From assembly GCA_002633005.1 (NCBI GenBank), contig NMRA01000583.1:1-64000 (forward strand): a stretch of DNA of 64,000 nucleotides. The letters run 5' to 3'. Of this stretch, positions 48,701 through 59,820 are shown one piece after another (the stretch's first letter is position 1; each line of letters opens with the position of its first letter). The stretch comes from Phoronis australis (lineage: Eukaryota; Animalia; Phoronida). The notes below the pieces were generated by a model that saw only the letters and a program-made list of their open reading frames with translations, did not search any database and had not been told where the DNA came from. A program made the translations under genes and the position numbers.

Positions 48701-51700
48701 CTTGGCACTCTCTAAAACTTGGAGTTCACTAAATATTCAAGTAAAATTTGAAGATTTAGACTTGGTCGATTTTGCTGTTCATCATATTTCTCAAATTTTG
48801 GACACTGCATTTTGTATCAATGTCTAAAATAAGACTCAGCAGTTCCTAAAATCATCACAAATAGCTGCCAAAGCACCTTTACATGCATCTTCATAGTGTG
48901 TTCCATTCAGGTAAATGATCGTTTGTCATTGATCGTAATTCTTGAATTTGGAGCTGCTAATATTGCCTATTTGTAACATTTGCTACAAGTTCTGACCTTG
49001 AGCAAAATAAAGAAATTTTTCATTATCCCAAATTGAAGAACTTTTACTGTAAGTGTTGTTCCTTGTTCACATGTTAAGCATTTCGAGTTGCAACGGTGGC
49101 ACCAGGACATTGGTGAAAAGAACAAATATCAGAGCTGGATTTGCTTCTCTTGTTAATCTACTCATTTTGAAAAGCAGGCTAGTCCTGCAATGTACTTTCA
49201 TCTTCCTCCACTAAGAGAAGAGATCAATGCCAGATGGGCCTAAAGGCAACACCTATCTCCATTTTTATCTAAACACTCACTTACACATTTGATGAACATT
49301 AATCTTAAATGTGTACTTCCATTCCATTGTTGAAAAACAGATAAAGCGGTCTTGGAAGTGACACTTGGTGAAATTGAATAAAAATTTAAAGTTCAGGTGG
49401 ACGACGAAACCAAGAACATCAACAAGGATGACCCCGACGCCTATTACATGAACGTACTTGAAAGTCCGTCTGCTTACATAGTACCAAATATGAAAAGGTT
49501 TGGTCAAAGGATCCCAGAGCTAGAGTTTCATAAACATAGTTTAAAAATAGCTGTCAAAGCGCCATCTTGAGTCCGATTTTGCCCAAAAACGTAATTCCTC
49601 CAGCTTTTGACTAAATAAACACTGTTAGAAATTTCATGTTGAACAGATAAAAATGCGATACCTAGCTCAAATATCATAGGCTAAAAATGTGCAGAATAGC
49701 CAAAAAAAGAACAGTTATCCAAGCAGTAAATTTAGAATATCGCGAGAACGATAAGTTGTAGCCTAAAACACGTTTCACAAATAATGCTGATAGCACTTCA
49801 AATGATCTAATCCATACCAAATTTCAAACAAATCCATCAAGAGACGCCGAATACACGGCACAAAAATTGGAGACCAGACTCCTCAGAAAATCTCAAATAA
49901 GTCAGGAACAGTAAGACAAAAAAAATGGCATGCTTGCAATAGCCCATGAAATGATTCATCCACGGAAAAATTATAAAAAACTCTACCTGAGACAGTGAGC
50001 AATGGCTCAGCAAACAAAAGATGTGATAAATGGTCGCCACAGCACCATTCTATGTCCCATTTTAACCAACAACAATAGGGTTTGAGCTACTAACGAGGCA
50101 TACGTTGTGCATAAATTTCCGTTTGATTTGATAAAAATTGTGATCTGTAGTGTGTGAAAAAAGAAACAAACAAAAAACTAAACAAATTTTTGACAACGCA
50201 ACAGATTTGGAGAAATTTCATTTCACCAGGTAACAATCATGGTTTTGGAAGTTGTTCCCATGAAAGGAAGACTTGTCAAGACCACAATGATACAAGGAAG
50301 TTGACTAATTCACTCTCCTAAACAAACAAAGGAACATTCATTGCAAGACAAGAGTATCCATAGCATAGCCAAATTTTGTTCAAATGATGACGAAATCTCC
50401 AAAATACTGTTACAGTTTTCTGGATAATTATTCCGTCTTCGTTGAATAAACTTTTGATTTTTTTCATAAAAATCATAAGAATCCCTATTACTCGATAGCT
50501 TGTCATGTACAAAGGGACATTTTAAAAACAATTCCTCCCAACGTTTTGGAAGACATTGCATCAACAGAGAACCTGTGAACGTTTTAACAGAATGTATGAA
50601 TCCGATCACACATTTCTGGCATTTGCTGTACCAATAATAACTATGTAACGATAAAGCATAGAAATTATTCCAGGTGATCAGTGCAAGGGGCCTACATGCG
50701 CCGTCTGGTACATGTTGCCTGCAATTATTTATAAACAAAATTTAAGCCAAATTTGGTCATTTTCTAAGGTCCTAAATAACGTTAAGTGTAACTGGCTATT
50801 TATAACTGGATGGCCAAAGTGTTACCTACCCAGTGTCGCCTAACCCATGCAGGAATATTACCTGAAAAATAAAATGAAATTATTCGTTTTTCAACTGACT
50901 GATAGACCAGAAAAAAACACTTCAATATACTAGTTACAAAACAAACTCATTAAAATCTTCCAGAACTAGTGTCAAGAAAAAGTTTAAAGCAGATATTGAT
51001 TCACTCATAAAAAGAATGCAGGTTTTTGGTAATTCACTTATTTCACAAAAATAAAAATATATTTTCATGAAAGTCGAGATGTGCCAAAAATTTATATACC
51101 GACGTCGTAGTTGACAGGTGCGTGAAATTAACTGGGTCACCAAGCATTGTCAACTACCCACGTGTGACTTAAACAATCTATTACGCACGGGTTGCCAACA
51201 TGATCAAACTTATGGTTTAAATATAAAAAGTACTTTACACAATCGTTGGTGAAACACTTTTTGAGCACATGACCCTGAGACACAAGACCCATTAATCTAC
51301 ACCATCCCTTTCATCTCATGCTTACAACAGCATGAGAATTCTGGTATGGATGGGAGCAAGCAGTGTGAGGGGGACCTTACTAGGATGAATATACAGTACT
51401 CAGACTTCATAACACAGTTAAAGAGGTGTGTGTTACTACGTCAAAATCGTGATTCGTGTTTAACCCAGCATGCCCAGTGTCACTGTCAGACACAGGCGTC
51501 CTCAGCTTCTGATCGTCCCCAATACACTACATATAATACTATAAGGTAGTATTATATGTAGTGTATTGGGGACGATCAGAAGCTGAGAACGTCTGTGGTG
51601 TCAGGCAGTGAGCGACAGTGTGGCACCGGCAGCAGACTCACCGTAGCCGTATGTTTGGCTTTAGGAAGTGCCGTAGGGACCGACATGCTCGACGATTTGC

Positions 51701-51710
51701 TATTTCCCAT
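36796..51710 (-). CDS. LYPLA1: Acyl-protein thioesterase / lysophospholipase (LYPLA1/LYPLA2, APT1-like), 231 aa from the Met at 51710
   Basis: Seven exons totalling 696 nt: 51710-51642, 50861-50830 (VIFLHGLGDTG), 48632-48567, 42499-42381 (MPSWFDI), 41534-41353 (GGFSQGG, catalytic Ser), 39322-39152 (HGQMDPMV, MGHASS; catalytic Asp and His), 36852-36796 (EMRDIQAFIDKYLPADPK*). LYPLA1 versus LYPLA2 orthology cannot be resolved; probably co-orthologous. Confidence 0.95.
37150..38335. repeat. 22-bp minisatellite (GAGTACAAGCCATTATGTGCTC)n spanning an assembly gap
   Basis: Head-to-tail units on both sides of the N-run, with no spacers. Confidence 0.95.
37349..37910. other. Assembly gap inside the 22-bp satellite
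   Basis: Run of N. Confidence 1.
39533..41195. mobile_element. Kolobok-type DNA transposon, internally deleted (1.66 kb), in LYPLA intron 5
   Basis: TTAA target duplication (39529-39532, 41196-41199) and perfect 14-bp TIRs AGGAGAATGCCACC. Truncated THAP zinc-finger ORF 41033-40812 (CIVPVCPN...SFFRLP...RKW...VC). Confidence 0.85.
41713..42058. repeat. 26-bp minisatellite (ACATGTACCTGTACAGTCTGTTCTCT), about 13 copies
   Basis: Direct reading; the A>G variant (ACATGTGCC) is concentrated at the right end. Confidence 0.95.
42880..43202. repeat. About 34-bp minisatellite (GAACCAAACAGTGACCTGTCTAATCACCCCATAT), about 9 copies
   Basis: Direct reading; the aataagg variant recurs about 101 bp apart, indicating a trimer-level duplication. 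Confidence 0.9.
43434..43550. repeat. About 31-bp tandem repeat x4 (TACAAGGGCAGATATCACAAAACAAGTGTAT)
   Basis: Direct reading. Confidence 0.8.
43880..44534 (+). mobile_element. Family 2 related copy (boundaries approximate)
   Basis: Shared block at 44356-44437; ends in GGCTTAA. Confidence 0.5.
45317..45839 (+). mobile_element. Family 2 copy
   Basis: Starts AGGACACT, shared block at 45679-45757, ends GGCTTTAA. Confidence 0.55.
46940..47102. mobile_element. Small MITE (Tc1/mariner/pogo-like)
   Basis: Inverted termini TACCGTAAACTCGCGGGTTAACGCCC / GGGCGTTAACCCGCAAGTTTACGATA with TA ends. Confidence 0.7.
47144..48525. mobile_element. Non-autonomous PIF/Harbinger-type element (1.38 kb) in LYPLA intron 3
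   Basis: Perfect TIRs of about 31 bp (GGCCCGGTCTCCAATCTCCGTACTCAGACTC), 3-bp CAG target duplication, and many subterminal TACTC/GAGTA motifs in mirrored orientation. Confidence 0.85.
49540..50236 (+). repeat. Dispersed repeat family 3, longer copy (left boundary approximate)
   Basis: The 3' 200 bp matches 784-990. The GCCATCTTG and AAATTTCA motifs upstream are typical of invertebrate interspersed repeats. Confidence 0.5.
51491..51597. repeat. Long hairpin (41-bp perfect stem, 5-nt loop) in LYPLA intron 1
   Basis: 51501-51541 is the exact reverse complement of 51547-51587; pairing continues outward with mismatches. Confidence 0.92.
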
Positions 51711-52411
51711 GCACAGATACACACTAACAAATAGAACAGCTGCACTGCAACTAATGACGGAAAATAATATTTTTTTCTTGTTCGACTTTGATTTTCGATC
51801 AGCCTTCATCCAACCAGCAACGAAAAAGGCGATACCTGCACACGGTGAATAGTTATTGCTGTAACGTAATCTCCGTCGCAGTGCCTGCAAAAAATGAACA
51901 TTAATAACGCTTTATCGTTGAAGATTAAGAATCCTGCGTGGCGAGTGTTTATTCATAATAGAAAACGAAAGAAAAATTACAGCCGTTTAAAAATTCCACA
52001 ATTTACCTGAAAACGTTTTAAAAGTATTTTTTCTCCACAAGATGTCGCTCTCCATCAGATGTGCCAAAGGAAAATAACAGAGAAGTGCGGTCACCAGGTG
52101 GCAATGCTGTGGTAGATGAACTGAACCAAATACTAATAATACTAGTACGAAGGCAATGCCTTCATGGCACTGGTGGTGTCTATCGTCGACCAAACGGGTG
52201 AACGTTACGCCACAAATAATTACTTTACGCAGCAAATAATTACTTTACGCCTTTAAAAAGAATTAATGTATGCGTGGTAAATTAATTAATATTTAGGTAC
52301 GTGCGTAAATTACGCACGTAAATTAAATTTAATTTGCGCCGTTATTTACCCCGCAAATAATTACGTCACTATAAGAATTAATTTGTGCATGTATTTTTAC
52401 CGCGACACTTT

Positions 52412-52660
52412 CCCCTAAAATTCTACGAGATACCATTTGGCAGTTCGCGGGTGCGAATCGCTGACTAGCACATGCGCGCAACCAGGAGGGCTCGGGGGTG
52501 AATAAACAATGCACCGTTTACTATTTTTTTTAGACAAAAGGCCCGCAAACCCAAAAATTCGAGACCCCTGCATCCCTACATTTCAGGCTGCGCGCGCGCA
52601 TCTGCCAAAATTCTGGCCTGTGCCCTGGCCCCCTAACTCAAAATCCTGGATCCGCCCCTG
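52412..52660 (+). mobile_element. MITE family 1, 5'-truncated copy
   Basis: Shares CGCAAACCCAAAAATTCGAGACCCCTGCATCCCTACA and the terminus AAATCCTGGATCCGCCCCTG with the other copies. Confidence 0.7.
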
Positions 52661-54878
52661 ATCCTGACAGATGTTCTAGTCGTCGGAAAACTACAGCTGA
52701 GCAAAATGTGTTTAAAAGTTCTTGAAATTAGTGCCTTTTAGTTATTGTTTGATAAAGTGAAACGTTTCTAACTCAAAAAGATATTGGCATCTTTAGACGT
52801 GTTTAAAGTGTACATCAGAAACAGGCTTCAATGACCCTGTGCCGACTAGGACGTAGGCCTCATGTAGGTGAGTAAAAATGCAAATTCCGAGGCCCGTGAC
52901 ATTTTTGCAGCGTATGGCAACAGGAATTAAGCGCAGTGCGTGTTCTTAACAAAGCAGAAGATGCAGCCACCAGGAACTCCATTACCGGGCGTTTTTAACA
53001 AGAGATTTTGAAACAGCTAAAGTACCCTTCAAAACACGACCCTACTACTAGGCGAGCTTTCTCCAAACTGGGCCCTGATAAAGCGAAAATTGAACTTAGG
53101 TCTCATTTTCACTCTCCAAAATAAACGACACTGTAACCGAAGTTTTCAAGACGACTCTGATATTCCGCGTCTACCCAGTTCTGATGAGATAATATTTCAC
53201 AGGGTTATACACCACCCGATAGTATGTTCTTTCGTTACTTTTACACTCTATAAAAGTCATTTTGGTAGAGGATATTTTTGGCATTCTAATAAAGCGAGCT
53301 TCATAAAAACACAGCCCTGATGGTAGATTTTGATTCTGTGTCCTGGAATTAATATAGCGAGCTTAATTTTCTCAATATAGGAAATAATTTTATAAGATGG
53401 ATTTGTCTCTTCAACACGGAATCTCGGTTTTCCATGATCCAGCACAATTCCATTTATAGTATCCTGAAATTGAACGTGGGCGAAGACATGGAGATCCGAA
53501 TTGTTCATGTGTGCGGAAATTATGGGTATCTTGCTTAGGCAAAACCTAAATGGAATTAAAGGAACAAATACAGGCACCGTATCTCATATGCCGAGGATAC
53601 CGTTATTATACTCGATGGTTCTAGTGAATCTCTGAAAAATAGCCTGAAGCTAACAAGTTAATCGGTTCCATAAGTTTTCAAACTTTAAGCCGAATCTTGA
53701 GAAAACAGAATGCGTGTGGATTGGAGCTACAATGTATGAATTTCAGTGACAGGCGCTTGTGTCCCGAGAAAAATCTTTTGCAACTTTGGGAGTTACACTT
53801 AGTTTACTATAGATCTTTGTCCGATGGTCTGACGAAATTATGAAGAAAAATTCAAGGAAATTAACAAGAGTATTTATTCTTCANCAATTCTGCAGAGCAA
53901 ACGGCATTCCTCCACCTATCGCGGAATTTTACGGCTTGAGGAAAACATTACGTGAATATCTTAAGTGATGAAAATGTATTTACAGTACCAAACATCCCGT
54001 TAATACTTTCAAGTACCTTACTTTCGCAGAGAACACGAAAATTTGTTTATAAGGCTATGGTTCGTTTGCTTGCATGAAAATACTATATGGCCCTGGCTGA
54101 ATGCGAGTAACTGGGAAAGCAACTAATATTAACATTATTCGTGTTCACCCCAGTTCAGTTTTATCGTTTTTTGTTTATATTGTTTGTGGGCATGTCTAAA
54201 TAAATGTTTCAAAAGTAAAATAAAGAAAAAAAAGAAATGTCGAAATCGTATCTTAACGCGTTAGGCGCGTAATGTAATCAGACATAAAAGTTATCATTTC
54301 TCGAGAAGTTATGTTGAAACAATAACGCCCAAGTTTCTGGTGGCATCGAAGCACTACCCCCCCCCCCCCAAAAANGAGTGTGAACGAAACTGGCGACGAC
54401 CCGCCAATAGGGAGGGATCATATCTAATTCGGGGCCATTTGAGAGTCGTGTATCCCCGGGGATTTTTACCTTATTACAGGCCTGTTTATATAGTGAACAT
54501 ACGTGGTCTATAATCTGTAGAGCATGTGACAGACATTATTTGCAGCCGAGGGCTTATTTCCTCCCGTCTCAAGCAAAGAAACCGGGCACATATAGATACG
54601 TTCCTACTTTTAAACATGTCAGGCACCCCCGAGTTGCTTGCAAATTCTCAGTGTTAACATTTCAACTTTTAAAAAACACTAGTTTGCCTGCATTACTACT
54701 AGCTGTTACGATAAGGGCTGTTACCGAACTGTTACAAATTACATAATAATTACGATATGAGAGTGACTAGCACATTTCCAGATGAAAAAGTGAGACAAGT
54801 TCTTGCATTGTGGGTAAATACTTAAGACTACATAAATGGTGCGGCGTTGTATTTCGGGACAGGTCTATTGGGTACTTA

Positions 54879-55304
54879 TTACATACATTTCTTCAAAAAG
54901 AAATCTCCTAAGCTCATGACTACTTCGTTGCAAAATGATGCTTCCGTATACGGCCTATGTATGGCTACTATTAGTAAGGTCCACGTTTTGCATAGAGAAA
55001 TCCAATCCACTCCACTTTTAGCAATTATTCCACGACAACCATCTGCCGTCACCAATTTGTAACGTTTTCCCGCCACGGGGATGCCATCCGCCATGTCATA
55101 TTCTGGATAGTCGAATCCTTTTATCAGTTTTACTAACTCGTCTTGCGATAATTCGAATCCTTCACTCGACGACAATCTGTTCCCTGTTTTTATTTCATAT
55201 ATGGCTGCACATGTCACGCGTCCCGAGCCGACCAATATTTCAGAAACATAGCTGTCCCACGTTGTTATGTCGTTCATATCAAATCCCAAATGCTTCAGTG
55301 ACAT
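54879..55304 (-). CDS. Profilin-family protein (divergent, PFN4-like), 141 aa, single coding exon
   Basis: WDSYVSEILVGSGRVTCAAI, SEGFELSQDEL, GIPVAGKRY, LCKTWTLLIVAIH, CNEVVMSLGDFF match the profilin fold pattern. An acceptor-like ttacag lies 4 nt before the ATG, suggesting a 5' UTR intron. Confidence 0.88.
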   Translation of the reverse strand: MSLKHLGFDMNDITTWDSYVSEILVGSGRVTCAAIYEIKTGNRLSSSEGFELSQDELVKLIKGFDYPEYDMADGIPVAGKRYKLVTADGCRGIIAKSGVDWISLCKTWTLLIVAIHRPYTEASFCNEVVMSLGDFFLKKCM

Positions 55305-58300
55305 CTTCCTGTAATATTAAAATCAAATGCATACTCGAAAAATAAAACATCAGTAACGCTCACTTCGAAAAGTGTTGTGCAGATTATCAGAACTTATTTT
55401 CCATACGGCCGTCATCGCCTCACCCTGATATTATCCACTATCGTGTTGTGGGTGATGGGATGGCGCAGATACATGTTACTGAGATAGACCATCGGTGATA
55501 TATTTTAGCCGAAATTGCTAAGTAATAAATCACATATTGGAATGCTACCCGTACAATTCCAGTGTAGATAATGCTTCCCTCCCACGGCCCGTTCCTGCGT
55601 TTCGATTTCAGACAACATACTTTCCTTATTAACGTATTTCTCTTCTTGTGATTTTTTTTTCTCACAAACAGCATTTCCCCCAATGAAATGCGTTTAGTTT
55701 TCTCTCCAGCATCAACTTATAATTGTACGCGATGAGAAATGTGTTACTAAGAAAAGTTTTAAGTTGCTCACGAGAACGTTCGCGCGGGATGAGAGAGGGA
55801 GGAAGTTTGTCTACTCTGAAACCATTCACTCGAAAATAATATTCAATTGCAAGTAGCTGGTTTTCTTACACCGTAACGCACTGTGACAGCAAAAGTAACA
55901 TTGTACCAGTAAGATCAAGTAGCTCAAATCAATAGAGAGGCCTACTCCATTGAGGATTTTCATAGCTCCGGGAACCCGAGAATCCTTCATGAATTAACTA
56001 ATTAGCATTTGAAGTCCAAACGCAGTAATTCCAAATTTTCAAAAATTAAACAAAACCAGCCGGAGTGGAGCCACATTCCTGCGGACATTTCAAATTAATT
56101 ATCATTCTTACCGCTTTGTTAAAGACCGTTCCAATAGTTAAAATGTGCTTCTAATCTGAGTGATTCGGGCTCATTATGTACAAGCACTCGAATGCATTTC
56201 AAGTGTAGCCAGAGCACAGTAGGATAAACTATTAGGTAGACAAAGTATGAATATTAAGATTGCCTTTCAAATGGCGTGCTAGGTCGATTCTCATTACCTG
56301 CCGGGGTGCCACGTGAAGTCTATAGTTGGAAGGTGCCTCGAATACTGCACGAATTCAGTAGCCTCCAGACATTTTTCTAGCGGCTAGAAATTCGAAGAGA
56401 CTGCAACTCGCTTGATTATTTAGAACGTACTTAGCAAGCCTTAGAATGTAACAGGAATATCCCGAGTATACGGAGAACTGACTCCTCCGGAATGCTCCCC
56501 GACCCCATCAGTCCCGATAACAGAAAAAGGATATTTTCAAAAAATTTTGGTTTGTTTCTTAGCAACAGGTCTATAATGACTATTAAATCTCTCAAGAGTA
56601 TTAATAAAATAAAATTCTTTTTGAGACACAGGGTCATGGTGGGAACTCTTTGAAGCTATGGTCTTCATTGCCAGGATCAATTTTCGAAAGAAATTTAAGC
56701 TATCTGCCGGTGTAGCACCTACAACGTCATGCTGGTGGCGGTAGTAGGGGAGGGGTCCTAAGCTGCTGTGATGAAATTGCTGTATGAAACTTGAGGCGTT
56801 TGAACTACTGACTGTTTATGAAGTCGACCACGGCAACGTACTGTACTGCTCTGTAGTGGTATGGTCACAAAACACACAGGCAAATAATCTACATATGACA
56901 GAGTAAAAGCTGCGGTATCTGTCACTACTTGACCCGGGAACTGTGATCGCTGCTATATAATGTATAAAAATTCCGACATAAGACGTGCAGTCAGCTGACG
57001 CAACGAAATGCTTTTCTAGCATGGAGTTGGCTTGAAACACGTTTTTTTCCGGGCATGAGTTAGCTATAGGGAAACTTCGAACGATAATTAATTGGCACGT
57101 ACTGCGCGTCTGGTTAACTTTTTCGCACTCTCGGCAAAAGGGTCGAGTGTCGGGTGTCCGACATCAGCTTATCATGATAACGTCCGAGTTGCTTAAAAGC
57201 AGGGCTGGCATTACGAAAAGTGATGGCAGCTAGTGTGGTGTATGGTGATTTCCATATCACTTAATCGGTCATGAGACACTGGCATTAGTTAACTGATCTA
57301 GTGGAGGAGAACACTCAATCGCCTTGCCCGCTCCGCACCCAATGGTGCTTCAGTTTGTATCACGGGGTTCCCGATCCCATGTCACTGAGCTAATAACCCT
57401 GACAGCCGGCCCTAATACACTTGCTGAGGAAGTTGGCTGAGCTAGTTGGTTGAGGAACACGAAATAATCCGACTTGTTTTTCTCACCTTTGGTCACGCCA
57501 AATTTGCAGTTGACGGTCACTACTCCTATAGCTCTCTCTCTCCACGCATCCGCGTGCCTTTCGATTCCTGACAGCCTACAGAAAAATCCCTCACCGAAAA
57601 ACGTATAGTTAATTATATTGTAACGAACCCTGGGTTGCGGGTGTCTCCGAGCTGTAAATAAAATTTTAATGAACCTTGAGATTAATTCAGGTCATCATGG
57701 GGATCTCGCAGGCTCAGTGTCTCAAATCCTAGGATACAAACGTCACCGACTTTACTCTTCAAATATACTATCGTGTCGTCTGAGATGGTCCTGCGGAGAA
57801 TACGTCACGTACCTCAGTACCTGGCAGTCGCTAAGCGCTCCTTATCACTGACTTCAAATTCATCACACACAGACACACAGACGTTGGCCAAATAACAACT
57901 GAATAGCAGTGTTTGCTTGTTGTAAATTGTTTACATAACATAGACGATTGAATGAAACATACAAACAGACACACGCCCGATTGAATTGTAATGATTTATA
58001 TTAGACACGCGCGTGAATAACAGCCTTGAGTAACATCAGAACTGATTTGATGAATATAAACAATTCTTAAACCGCTGTGAATGCCTCGGTTTTATACTGC
58101 ACTGTTTTTCATTGTTATCCGATGTATTGAATTTTACACAGGTCGGCGTTTGCGAGTTGACACCAAAAACATAAATGAAGCATACAGGTTACATACACAG
58201 GCGACGTATCCTATATGACTACCAGTAGAAATTGTGATAAAAATGCCAGAATAACAAAAACAAATGTGGTGTTCTTCAAAAGTTAGCTCAAATTCAGTCA

Positions 58301-59820
58301 TGCTAAAATGAATACTACCCAGATACGGCATTAAATTTTGAGACTGAAAAATAGACGCAAAGGCCATTTTTAATTTTTTCAATGGATCTAATGAACTGAT
58401 ACGTAGAAATTTCAACTCTTGGCGCTGCTGAAAACCATGCACACTCGTGTTAGCTAATTGAAGAAAATGTGTCGACCGGTGAAGCAAAAGAGGGAGAGGG
58501 CCGCGGAAATTGTTCGGAGGGGGAGTGCAATTTTGAGAGTGGTTCCCGAAAACTGTGCCAGTGGTGTCAAGGACATATTAAACCGCGACGTTGGCGAAAC
58601 TGGCTCCCCAGCCATTCACCCTCTGGCCTAACTGACTGAGACTTGCAGGCATTGATTATATAGGATTCTTCTCAGGTTGCACTCGGCCAACCGGCAAACC
58701 CCGACCTTACAAATTAAGTAGCCTACCGGATTTTTTATACTCGACAACATCCGCATCTCACAATGCGCTTCAACTGTGACTGAGCATTATAAGTGGTTCT
58801 CAAGAGAGATAGTGGGTTTCGACAACCCTGGATAACATTGGGCAATACAACTTTTACAGTCACTTTCTGACGATTTTCGACTAAATCGCAAGGCCTTAGG
58901 CCTACTCCTCAATCCAACAGATCAATTGGTTTGTTTACCCTACCAAGTTTTCATCTTTAAAAATTGTCAACATGGTGTACCATAAACCACGAACTCGTGT
59001 ATAATGATTTAGCGACTGGACAGTGTCCTGTCAAAAACTTTCACTATGGGGGTCTGCGACGAGCGGTCGTACCGGGGCACGCGGCAACCTTGCCATATAT
59101 ATCCGAGTCTGTTTTCGTCAAAATCTGTCAGGTTTCGACAATAATTGACCGACAAACAATATTTTGCCGAAAACAAAGGCCACCAGCTGTAGTGGAATCC
59201 GTCCAAAATGGACTGGTACATATACCATGCACGACGCACTCGGCCAAAGCGCCCGCGATCGCTGGACAGTACTTAACACCCACAAACGTGGCGCCCCAAT
59301 CTCTGAACTTTTTGCTGCCTCACATGAGCAATAATTAATATTTAATCTAGGAACATAGCACACGTGAATCATTTACGTCGCAGTAAACAACTAACTCATG
59401 TGTAGGCTACCTGGTAGATGAATACCCGAGCTCCAGTCAAGGGGCCAACGCCCAGAAACGAGTTTGTATACTATTTTTAAAAATTAAAATAGGCTACGTC
59501 ATATCAATCGTACCTTACCAGCTCGCCAGATACGAGGGTGCATTTGAGGACGATCCTGTTTCAGAAGCCCATTCCCACTTCATATCACATGCACTGCGTC
59601 AACGTTCATCAAGCAATTCGTTCGACAAAAATTGTCCCAGAAGTTTCTTATAAAAACTAAACCGGCCAGCAGGGAGTGTCACGCATGTGGGTGCATAAAA
59701 AGAAACGCACTGGTTAGCAGCGGCAATGTCGACGTGTCTACATTAGCCAATTGCCGACTATGAGCAACCAACTGTCGTGTGGGCGCATGAAAAGAAACGC
59801 ACTGGTTTAACAGCATGCTC

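Noticed and set aside
54879-54893. Profilin C-terminal KKCM as a prenylation signal
   Set aside because: The Cys is second from the end, not fourth, so it is not a CaaX box.
59230-59261. GRFG-RVRR resembling an RFamide neuropeptide
   Set aside because: No signal peptide, a single occurrence, and the ORF itself is unproven.
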